Positions 26,866 through 37,879 of a DNA stretch of 64,000 nucleotides are shown here, piece by piece. How positions within the stretch are numbered: the stretch's first letter is position 1; each line of letters starts with the position of its first letter. The stretch comes from Utricularia gibba (Eukaryota; Plantae; Magnoliophyta). Where the stretch lies: positions 1 through 64,000 of the forward strand of contig NEEC01000008.1 in NCBI GenBank assembly GCA_002189035.1, written 5' to 3'. A model generated the notes under the pieces. The model had not been told where the DNA came from. It made no database searches and was given only the letters and a program-made list of their open reading frames with translations. A program made the position numbers and the translations under genes.

Positions 26866-27251
26866 TAGAGATGTCAATGGGCCGGGTTCAGTCCGGGTAC
26901 TCTCAAAACCGAACCCGACATGAGGAATTTCAGTTGGGCCCAAACCCGAACGGGACCCGAACCTGAACCCGAAACTCAGTATCCAATGGATTCAATTTCG
27001 ATTCTAATAGAAATTTAAATATGATTTGAAATACATACTTTTTAAATTTTCACTATAATAATTTTAAAAGTTAAAAGGATGAATTAGAATTAAAAATATA
27101 TTAATTATTAAGCTCATAATAAAATTAAATTTTATTAATATTTTAAAAATATTTATATATCGATTTGGATTCGAGTTCTACGGGTCAAATAATTTAAACC
27201 CAAAATCAAACTTGTTCAGGTTCAGGTCACCCGGACCCATTTGCATCTCTA
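26866..27251. mobile_element. hAT-superfamily MITE (386 bp)
   Basis: TIRs TAGAGATGTCAATGGGCCGGG / CCCGGACCCATTTGCATCTCTA, perfect 8-bp TSD CACTCTAC (26858-65, 27252-59), subterminal ACCCGAA repeats and an AT-rich core. Confidence 0.93.
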
Positions 27252-27274
27252 CACTCTACACCTCACACTTTCAC

Positions 27275-28726
27275 TGTTGGTGTATGTGTTCTAGAGACAA
27301 TCAACTCATTGGCAAATCTTATCCTTTGATGTTTACCTTGAATTGTGATCAAGTTTACATCATTGATAAAATCCTCTGCTTGATCTATGTGCTATAGAAA
27401 TTATGATGAGATCATAATGTGAGATTCTTCAAGCATTTATGTTCAAGTTAAAAACTCCCTGACTAGAGTATTTGTGAAATGAGGATATCACAAATACGGA
27501 TAAGTTGGCACCCATTGAGTTCCCTAAACTGTTTAGGCAATGGTTCTCACAATTGATGTAATGAGATTATTAGAACCTATGTGTGGGTGTCGATTAGAGA
27601 ATCGATTCACTGGATCACTCATCTTCGAGATGCTACTATGAGAAGCTAACCAAGTGTCAGTAGCAAGATCTCGAATATGACAGCCGTGCAAGTAAGCTTA
27701 GACTTGAGGTCAACAAAGTTATCTTGATCTTAAGCTCACATTTTCGCACATTACTAATGGGAGCCTAACCATGGCTTGCCTAGTATGGATGAGTAGGGAT
27801 GTGACTCCTTAAGGTTGGAGATAGTTGATTGATCAATAAAGGATTCATCACTCATGTTAGCGATGAGATCATATCTCAAGTAATTGCATCAAAGCCTAAC
27901 AGTAAGTCCTGGGCCCAGGGTAATGACACTCGAATTGTTTGAGTAGGTCATTGAGTGTTAGTGCTTGAATGCAATTATAAGTTCGATACATCAGAAAGAC
28001 ACACACCCATGTTCTGGTATCGAATGAGATATAAGTATGATAAAAGCTGTTCATTGCATGGTGGCTGGTCATGGAAAGTCTCAATCAGTTCACCTGATTA
28101 TTCTTTAATCTTGGGGATCATGATATGTTGCTAGACATCACTCATGATCGATAATGATGGATTTGATTAATTAAGAGTTAATTAATAAATCTATTATTAC
28201 GGTCTTGATTGAAGAAGTCTATAGGGTCACACACAATAATGGGGTCACTCATCGATATAAAATAGAATGACACAATTACATGAGATTTAATTGGTAAAGT
28301 GGATAAATTAAATAGAGAGTTATTTTGAGATTAATATTGATTAAACTCAAAATAAAAGATCTCATATAGATATGATTTGATATGTCACAAAAGATCTATA
28401 AAAAAGATTTAGATCTTGAGATCTGCTCCAAGGTCTTCGTGCTCTCTAAGACTGATCCACAAGGGGGCATTTTTCTCTACTAGCACCTGAGAAATTCGAC
28501 CAGCATTCAAGAGTCTTGAGAAGGTTATCGACAGAGTGCTCCACGTGTGGATACCATAGAGGCCGTCTGCTATTGGCGGTTGGTGAACAACGGAGTCCTC
28601 TGAAAAGTATTTTCAGAATCCCTTTGTCTAATGTATACCGTATTTCAAGATCTGCGTTGATGGTTTCTCAAAATTTTTAAAATTCTACTACTTTTGAGAC
28701 GTACGATGTCTACGAGAAATCCAACA
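27275..28726 (+). mobile_element. Angela-type Ty1/copia solo LTR (1452 bp)
   Basis: TGTTGGTGTATGTGTTCTAGAGACAATC...TCCAACA. Flanks TTCAC/CCCAC (2 C/T differences). No PBS follows. Shares GACTTGAGGT with the LTR at 45688-47348. Confidence 0.75.
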
Positions 28727-29419
28727 CCCACTAACAAATTAAGTCAAATATGTCTTACAAAGGATGTTCAATTTAATCCTTCTTCTTGGGTACTTCATGC
28801 CAATCCATGATTATCTTATACTCTCATTGGGTTATATAGTATTAGAAAACGTATTGATAAAGAAAACATTACAAAAAATAAAATAAAACCTCAAATTAAA
28901 TATCAAAAAGTATAGTAAAACAATCATATGCATAGACTTGTGGAAGTAAGACTTCATCACAAATCTATAAACGTAAATGTGTACATGCACAAACTCGACT
29001 TTAATATTAAAAAGTGATGAGAAATGAAAGTAAACAAAACTAAGAGATTCTAGACTCCTAGAATAACTTAAAGAATATGAAACTTCTCAACAATTTGGTA
29101 ATTAGACTGTTATATGAGGATAAAGATTTGCTAAGTTTTTTGATAGACTCATATCAAATATTCTATATCAATCTTTTAAGATTCAAATATTTTAAAATAA
29201 GATTCATAATTTTAATTTGAATTTTAAATAAATAAATATATGTATATACATATTTAATATGTGTTTGAATTTTTTTATATATTACGCTTTAACACATTTT
29301 TATTCAATGAAATACAATTGGATATGATCTATGACCCGGATTTTTCACAAGCATTATTAATTTCATAAAAAAATATTATTATGCAACACACAAAGGGTGA
29401 CGTGGCAAAGTATTCTCTG

Positions 29420-29442
29420 CCCCCCCCCCCCCCCCCCCCCCC
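29420..29442. repeat. Poly-C tract (23 nt)
   Basis: Directly visible. Confidence 0.9.
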
Positions 29443-30117
29443 GCTTCAATCCAACCCCTGCCTTTTGCAATTAAATAAATTGTATATATATATATTTTTG
29501 ACAATTAAATGAAATAAAGTAGATAGTTGCAGTTCCCGTACACCTTAGTGACATTCAACGTCACTTTTATAACAAATATTCATTTATTACTAGGAATTAA
29601 AACCAAGGAAACAATGTTTGTCATGAAGGTGAGAGGGATAATACGAAAAAAAAATGAAAAAGTTTTCGTTAATACAAAAATCGTGCCCTTTACTGAAAAT
29701 ACCCAAACAGCCCAAGGACGTGGAGCTCTCAAATTTGGTTGGATCAACGAATTCTTAAAAGGTCCAGCGAGAAGAACCGGAGAAGCTGCGGCGGTCAATC
29801 GCCTTGTGCTTGAGACATGGTATGCTTCTATTCGAGTAAAGCCTGTAAATGGCGACGCCAGTACGCTTATACAGAATTTTGCCTTCTTTTTTCAATTTTT
29901 CAGTTGCTTCGGATTTGAACCTCGCGTGTCATCGGAGATGGATTCACCGGCCTGTTTTTGTTTGACTGGCGACACAGTCTCGAGGTTTTTGTTAATTTTT
30001 TGGGAAAATCCCCGATTTTTCTTTGTTGCGTGGGTGTGTTTCTGGGTTTTTTGTTGCTGAATTTCAATATTATGCTTGAATTTGGTCGAGGTTCAGCTAA
30101 AGACATCCCTTTCGAAG

Positions 30118-31705
30118 ATGGAACCCAGCCGCAATTTTGAGAATTTTAGGGCCAAATCTTCAGTATTTCCGATGAAAATTAGGTCTTCAGATGGTGAACA
30201 CAGCGATGGATACGTTCCGTTAGCAAATCTAATGTGTGATAGGAAAACAGCGAGTGATTCAATTGTGATTCCAGGTGTTATGAAATTCGCTAGATTATTA
30301 AACTCTCACTCGATAAGTTACTCCCCTTCAGTAACTGGGGAAGATAAGTTACTCAGGTTTCCTAATTTTACATTCCTACCAAGTCGAGGTAGAGTTTTTG
30401 AGAGAAGTGAATCTGGGAATTGTGATTTGGAAACTGAGAGAATATGGGCTACAACATTGGATTTTGTTGGTGAAGTAGCTGAGGGATCCCATACTAAGGC
30501 AATAACAAATGCGAATACGGACTCATCAAAGCAGCAGAAGACTATCTTGGGAACCAGTTCACAGGTTGAAATTAGTGGCAACAAGCGTAGCCATACTCAG
30601 AGCGCATCACCATTTTTTGAGCCTGGAAATAAACTCATGCTTAGGGAAGTGATTAGTGGCGCAAGTGAAGGAAGCAGAAATTTTCAGCATATTGGATCCT
30701 CTAGGTTTACTATATACAATAAGCTATCAGCAGATAGAAACGCCATGAATAAGGGTCTTTCGGCTGAGATGTCAAATTCAGGTATTTGTTTAAATCAAGT
30801 TGTTGATTTATCGTGCTTATGTAGCCTTATGGCATGCTTAAGTGTGGTGTTTTTAGGCTCGATTTGTTGTTTATAAACAAGCTCATTGCTATTTATGTTC
30901 ATGTCCGGGAGAAGAATTTCGAGTGATCGTCTTTTTTTTTCTCCCTTTCCTGTAGGTGCAAATTATGTTGCCTCAGCTAAGGTACTCTTAACCTGCCTCT
31001 CAACACCTGTCCTTGCTTTTATCATATAATTCAGTATTTTATGTTTTTGCACCTTAAAGGTTGCTTGTTTGGAAACATCAGCATTGTGATGAGAATTCAT
31101 GGCTGCTTTATGTTATAGGATCACAACAACCCCACAGGTTCATCATCGGAATATAAAAGAAAATCCCTCGGAGAATCGGGCATTCCATGGAAGGCAGCTG
31201 CATCTGTGGATGTCAACAAGCAGCTTGTTACCTTGCCAGCTAGCGCAAGTTCTGCGCATAGCAAGTGGACGACAACCTCAAGAACCCAGAAATTACATCC
31301 ATCGATTCGCCTCTACAGTGCTGACCAGTCTTTTCCGAAATCCCATCTCCTGGAGGATGATTACTGTGAACATAGATGGGTCAAGCGCCTCAAGGTAACC
31401 CAAGCTCACCAGTTTTGACGACATCAAGATTAGCAGCAGATCACAGTTCCCCGACCCACGTAAAGCCATGTGTTTCAAGGCGCCATGGTAAAGAACCAAT
31501 TCTGATTGGTGGTGACGATGAGGGCGTACCAGACGTGGCGCTCTCACATTTCTGGATAAAAAGATTTCTAAGAAATGAGCTCCACAAGAAGCAGTTCCCC
31601 AGCATCGCAGCAATGGCGGTTGTGGGGCGAACCATGAATGGTCATGGATCATGTGAGTTTCGGAAGAAGGGATCCATCACCATTTGGTCAACAAATGCCT
31701 TCTGA
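30118..31705 (+). pseudogene. PCH1/PCHL (At2g16365-family)-like gene; exons ~30118-30781, 30956-30981, 31119-31705 with a frameshift at ~31413-31416
   Basis: GT-AG splicing keeps frame to TTTSRTQKL...EHRWVKRLK, then TGA at 31416-18. Another frame gives LSHFWIKRF..QFPSIAAMAVVGRTMNGHGSCEFRKKGSITIWSTNAF*. These resemble remembered PCH1 motifs (RWVKRLK, WIQRW, FPSIxAMAxxG). Start codon uncertain. Confidence 0.65.
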
Positions 31706-32032
31706 ACAAGATGTTGAGAACAAGCGTTTGACTGTGATGGTATTGCAGCACTTCGATAGTTGTATGCAAAATTAAGATTCGCGTAGATGAACGCTAACGA
31801 TGCTCGAATGCATTAAGACAACTTAGTGAATCATCAGGCAGATAATCATTTTGGTGTTTCCGAGTTAGAGAAAGAGCGCAAATTATGAATTCTGGAACCA
31901 AAAAAAAAAAAAAAACAGCAGCAAGAATCCGGACATGAGATACAAGAAGATGCCCAGTGTTCAAATGCATGACAGAATGGCAAAGAACAAGGATGCAAAA
32001 GTGATGAGATCAACCCTGCCAGACTACAAGGG

Positions 32033-32858
<826 letters not shown>

Positions 32859-32877
32859 TCAGGAGCCGCGGTTGACG

Positions 32878-32968
32878 ACTAGGGTTTTTAAGTTTCACAG
32901 CGGCACTCAAACTGGGGCCCCATTTTGCATAAGGGCCCAACCATGGTACCCGTTAAAGAAGAGCCCAT
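32878..32968 (-). promoter_or_regulatory. RPS25 promoter: telo-box plus site II elements
   Basis: AAACCCTA at 32880-87, TGGGCC at ~32934-39 and TGGGCT at ~32962-67 on the - strand, the classic plant ribosomal-protein promoter module. Confidence 0.75.
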
Positions 32969-33330
32969 GCTCAACAACACAATACAATACCCATAAGAAA
33001 GGGTTAAATAAAACAAACATTTTCATAATAAAAAACATCCTGGCATCATCCTCTTACATACAATCAATCCTTTTCCTTTTGATCTAAAAACTCATAAAAT
33101 ACATAATGTCAATAAAGAATATCAAAATAATGTAAAAAATGGATTTTCGAAGAGCAAATAATTACTTGATAGATAATAGAGTGTTGTCAAAAAATGGTAT
33201 TACATAAAGATCCTAGCAGGCAGCAGCACAAAGTTCCCTTCCAGCTTTGCCAACTTTTTGAAGGTGGTGATTACCCTGTTACTAGGAGACGCTGAATCAC
33301 ATCTGGCTCGCTCCATCGAACACAGATCGA

Positions 33331-34332
33331 TCAGAACGCAGAATCACTGTTCTTCGCCTTTCCGAGCAACACATCTTTGGCTTCATTGATTTTAGAAGCG
33401 AGATAATGACTGCCACCGGAATCTGGGTGGTTTGCCACCATCACTCTCCGGTGTGCTTCACGTACCTTGTCGGGCGGAGTGCTTTCCCTGATCATCAACT
33501 ATATTCTAAATCAATAATGTGAATCAAGAACGTGGCAGAATGAATGCACCAGCAAAGTCTTTCTCTTGTAATCAGATTTTAGATCTCAGGAAGTTCATTC
33601 ATCAGATTCATAAAAGTGGCATAGCTACTTCACCAAAACGCTTGGAAGTTTCAAGACACGCCCAAAACTAATGTAAGACATCGCAACTTAAGCTCAAGAA
33701 AATCATAACTCTTGACAGGGGTCACCGCCACAGAGATACAAGCATCCATCAAATGGAATAAGCATGCACTAGTTGCAAAATCCACATCACAGAGACAGCA
33801 CAACAAGGGCTCATTCATTCAGCATCTGCTTCGAGCTATTATTCGATGCTAATCATTCATAATTAGCTCAGCACGGAAATATGAAGACAAAAATAACCCG
33901 AGAACAAATTGGAAAGAAGGCAGAAATTCAACAGTCCCAAACCCAAAAAAAAACCCAAATGCTTCACCTGACGCCGAGAATAAGCGCGGCTTCTCTTCGA
34001 GTCATTTTTTGCTGGAACCCACCTTCATAGAACTTACGCATCCTCGCAGTTGGCGGTCTTGCTTTGAACGCCTGCCAAGCCTCAATTCCGTATTTCCCTG
34101 CTAGCGCAGCAGCAGCTATCGCAACCCCAGCAATTAGCGGCGAAGTCTAATCCAAAAAAAAAGGCAAATTTTACATAAGCATTCATGTACTCAATGTTCC
34201 ACCGGTCGAATACAAATCTTGAACTCTTTCTAATAAACAACGAAAAAGATCGGGTTTTTCCATGATATGAAAACCGCAAACAATTGTCAATAAGCAATAT
34301 ACCAACCCATTCTTCTATCACTTGCTTACCAT
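33331..34332 (-). CDS. PAM18: Mitochondrial import motor J-protein TIM14/PAM18, 112 aa; exons 34332-34330 (ATG), 34146-33968, 33487-33331
   Basis: [112 protein letters not shown], with the HPD motif. GT-AG introns. Confidence 0.97.
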
Positions 34333-34417
34333 CGCCGGGAGCGAGAGAACTTCAAGCGATCCAAACTATGCCTATTCCGCATCAGGGGGTGTGCGTAGTT
34401 TACGTGAGAATTTTGTT

Positions 34418-34430
34418 ACTAGGGTTTTTA
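34418..34430 (-). promoter_or_regulatory. Telo-box upstream of PAM18
   Basis: AAACCCTA at 34420-27. Confidence 0.6.
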
Positions 34431-34471
34431 TTTTAAAAACTATTAATCTCTTGGCAGTAACGAAGAAAACA

Positions 34472-34544
34472 TCCGTTGTAGTCTAGGTGGTTAGGATACT
34501 CGGCTCTCACCCGAGAGACCCGGGTTCAAGTCCCGGCAACGGAA
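34472..34544 (+). tRNA. tRNA-Glu (anticodon CTC)
   Basis: TCCGTTG/CAACGGA acceptor stem, CTCGG-ctCTCac-CCGAG anticodon arm, GGTTCAAGTCC B-box and a T6 terminator at 34554-59. Confidence 0.98.
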
Positions 34545-34619
34545 TAGCTAGTCTTTTTTACCCTTTTTGGGTTTCGAGGCTGTTCTGTTAGCTAACCAAA
34601 TAAAATTATATCTATACAA

Positions 34620-34754
34620 TGTGTTTACATCCATATCACCGACTTGTTGGTCCTTAGATGTCACCATATCTAATTCTATCTTCCTTACTTTTACCACCTT
34701 CTTGAACAAATTCTTTTTCAATAAATATGACATGTCTCTCAAGAACAACTTGTT
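34620..34754 (-). mobile_element. Last surviving piece of the Angela Copia pol, distal to the Retand insertion
   Basis: Joining 42876 to 34749 (dropping one TSD copy) restores ..FVGYPLSELEYYFYLPGEQRVVLERHVIFIEKEFVQEGG. Similarity ends at ~34620. Confidence 0.8.
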
Positions 34755-35760
34755 TGTTGAGGACGAAAATCGGTGTTCGAGTAAGGTCGATTTTCGAGTT
34801 ATGGATGTGGACGAGCGTGTCATATCCAATTAAAGCTTTGATATTCTATGTGGGATAGTTCTGTTAACTAGAAAACAAAGAAGATCGGGATTTTAACATG
34901 GAAATCATCGGAGAACAGAAAAACTACGAAGCTGTCAGAGCTCGCCGGAAAATATCTTTACTAGATAGAGGTGGGGAGAAAATACAAGCTGGAGGGCTTA
35001 GAGTCGAACCCTTTCCACCGAAACGTTTCTCGCATTTATAGGTGAGATAAACCTAACCGAATTCTGAACTCTACAAGTATCGATTGCTTTCTGCGCCTGT
35101 TGTACATACTGTAGTTCTGCTATTGCCGTAATTCGGCTACTTTTCAGTCTATCCAAAATGGCTGCTTCTAACAAATCTTGAAAGTTATCGATCTGTCGGC
35201 CTGCACCAGGGTGTCTGAACACCTTTTGGCTACTTTTCAATAGCCGATTAGCTAGTTCCAATTTAGACCCCATCATTCAACCCCTCTGATTTATCGATAT
35301 TAACCCTCAAGGTAAATCGATGAATCAGAATCAATGCTATATCCCCATTCAGCATGTCAAATCCCATGAATGAGTTTCAGCCCGATTTAAACCGACTTCT
35401 GTGCCACGTGTCATCTCCTAGGCACTCCATGTTTTTTCCCACTCATTTTGGGTACCTCAAACTCTACACCCTTTCATCTTCCAAATACCTCTCTTATAAA
35501 TACGTGCTCCTCCCGTCATTTCTCCCCTTTGCTTTCTCTGTTCGCCCGCAAGACTTCTATGTTTTCTCACGCTCCTTCGTGCTCATTCGCCGCATATGCC
35601 ACTGTGAAACTCACCGAAAATCACAGCTTTCACAAGTACCAGTCTATTCTTCATCTTTTTCACTTAGTTTCGGGAATTCATGTACTCTTTTGGGACTCTG
35701 TCTTTTTTAGGACTTTTTTCCGCTTTGAGTTCCTCTCTTTCCTGATTTTCTTTATTTGAG

Positions 35761-37650
35761 ATGGGTAGGAAGTCCAGTGAGTTGAATATCTCCGCTAATC
35801 GGTCTAAGTACTCGATCCCAGATGAGTACACCCTCAGTCAAGCCAAGGATAGCCAGATACCTTGGGAAACGGGAGAATGACCCCTTACCCGCTTCAGTCT
35901 ACCGATCCCCATAGCTTATCTGGAAAGCGATTTTCTCTTTCCCCTCCACCCCCTTATCGTCCATCTTTTGAACATGTTTGTCGTTCCGCTTTTTTGCCTT
36001 TCCCCAAATTCAATATTCTGTTTTACCACTTTCCTCTTCTTTTTGGCGGGCCTGAATCCGAATATGACACTAGTAGATTTTTTCCAACTCTTCAAAGTTG
36101 CAGTCCATAAAGCCAAATGCCCAATGCATGGTTTTTCCCATTTTTAGTTTCGCCAATTTGATGACCACCCAGATTTCGTTTTAAAAGCCCCATATACTCA
36201 CCATAACTGGTGGTCCACTTTTATTTGGGTTGCTCCCTCGTTGGGGGCTAGATGGAACTTTTTGGTTAACCCCCCCCCCCCCACTCCTTTCAAAGTGAAA
36301 CTCTTCGGTTGTTTTCGTCCCACTAACGAGTCTCGTAGGGAGGTATATTAGAAACTCGGTGGATGCACTGCCAAATTGGAGTCACGAGTCTTAATTTTTT
36401 CTTGGGAATCCTTGATAAACTGCGGGATCCTTGATAATTTTTTCGTGATTCCTCCGGGATCAGAATTGAAGTTCCAACACCTTCTTCAATCTCCCTCCCT
36501 TCCGAATCCTAGTTCCACCAATTTTGTTCCTGATCCGATTGTCCCCGCTTCCACTGACGGTGTTCCTGAAACTTTCGCCCAGCCTTTAGCTCCAAAGAAA
36601 AAGAGGAGGGTTAAAGTTTGCACCCAGAAACCCTCGAAAAAACGGAAAGGTAGCCTGTAGTGTTCTTTTGTCCATGACTTTGCTATTGTCGTCATACGTT
36701 TTGGTCCGATGTGCAGTTGAGAAGATGGCACGAAGGAGCGCTCTGGAGGATTTGGTGATGGCAAGCTTTTCCGTTGAGATGCGCAAAATGCAAGAATTGG
36801 ACACGGCCACTTATGTACAGGTCTATTTGATTTTTGCAATCCGTTATTATGAATCTCCGATTCTGACTTCTTCTTTCCTTCTAGGCTGATTCCCCCCAAG
36901 TTCAATCAAATACCGCCGATCACTCCTCAGATGGGGATTAGGTGATTGAGGTTTTTGGGGACTCGCGAGACGACTCCTCCTCCCCCAACCGAAAAGGGAA
37001 AGGGTAAGCTCTTCCCTTCTCCCGAACCTATCGAAGTCCCGATCCCCGGTACGGGGCACTTCTCGGCCGGTGCCATCACATCGGCTCCCCGAATGAAAGA
37101 AGGAGGGACTCTTCTCCCCCTAATGAGATAAGGGAAGATCCTGCTCTTCCGCCATCTTCGTTTCCCCTCGAACTACAAAGAGCCTTGGAAGAAGCGACCT
37201 CGAGTCTCTTAGGGGTTCAGCCGGACACCGTGTTTAAGGGGATCTGGCAAGTATGTTTCTTTTCCATTCTCGGAGTTGCATGCAATCAATCTCTCACTCG
37301 GTGTTTTCTTCTTAGGCTTTAACCTTTGGCTGGGGAATGGCGAGGGAGATTAGGTCTCAGTCAGAAGAGGCTTCTCGGCTTCAAGCTCATGTGGCGCCTG
37401 GGTTTAAGGGATCTAATACTTTGGGGGAGCCCCAAGTTGGTTTGTTGTGCCCATCGGGGGTGTAGACTTAGATGTTTTGCTTGGGCTTACATGACTCAGC
37501 CAAGGCTTTGCCGTTGCGTTATACATCTCTTTTACGGAGGAATTACTTGAAGGCCTCAAGATAGAAAATACCAAGATGGGTTCAATCCGAAATAGGATTC
37601 GATAACACGGGTGCTTATGCATAGAATTTCCTTAGATCGGTCGCATTCCA
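35761..37650 (+). pseudogene. Antisense extra ORF of the Retand element (gypsy-type putative transposase / Transposase_28-like N-terminus)
   Basis: From ATG 35761: YSIPDEYTL..FLFPLHPLIVHLLNMFVVPLFCLSPNSIFCFTTF..FFQLF..HNWWSTFIWV with in-frame stops, opposite to gag-pol in the 3' region. Confidence 0.65.
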
Positions 37651-37879
37651 TGATCTTGGGAATTCCATGCCATCCAATTGTTCTAGACGATAAGCTCCTT
37701 TTCCGATCACCCTAGAGATCTAATAAGGGCCTTCCCACCTGCGTTCTAATTTCCCAACATGCATTTGGGGCTGAATGCTTCAGAGCACCAAATCTCCTTC
37801 TAAGAATTCCCTTGGGAATACTGATCTGTTGTAATTTTTCTTCGTTCTTCTTTGATAAGCCCCTAGTCGGTTGTAAATA

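Noticed and set aside
29527-30060. 177-aa + strand ORF upstream of the PCH1-like gene
   Set aside because: No ATG-led conserved domain; it looks like promoter or 5' UTR sequence.
31395-31446. Intron starting at AAG|GTAACC to rescue the PCH1-like frameshift
   Set aside because: Nearby AG acceptors (31433, 31436, 31439, 31446) do not give the needed phase and the intron would be very short.
34548-35276. ORFs 34548..34829, 34567..34833 and 34998..35276
   Set aside because: They overlap the Copia remnant and the Retand LTR and are spurious frames.
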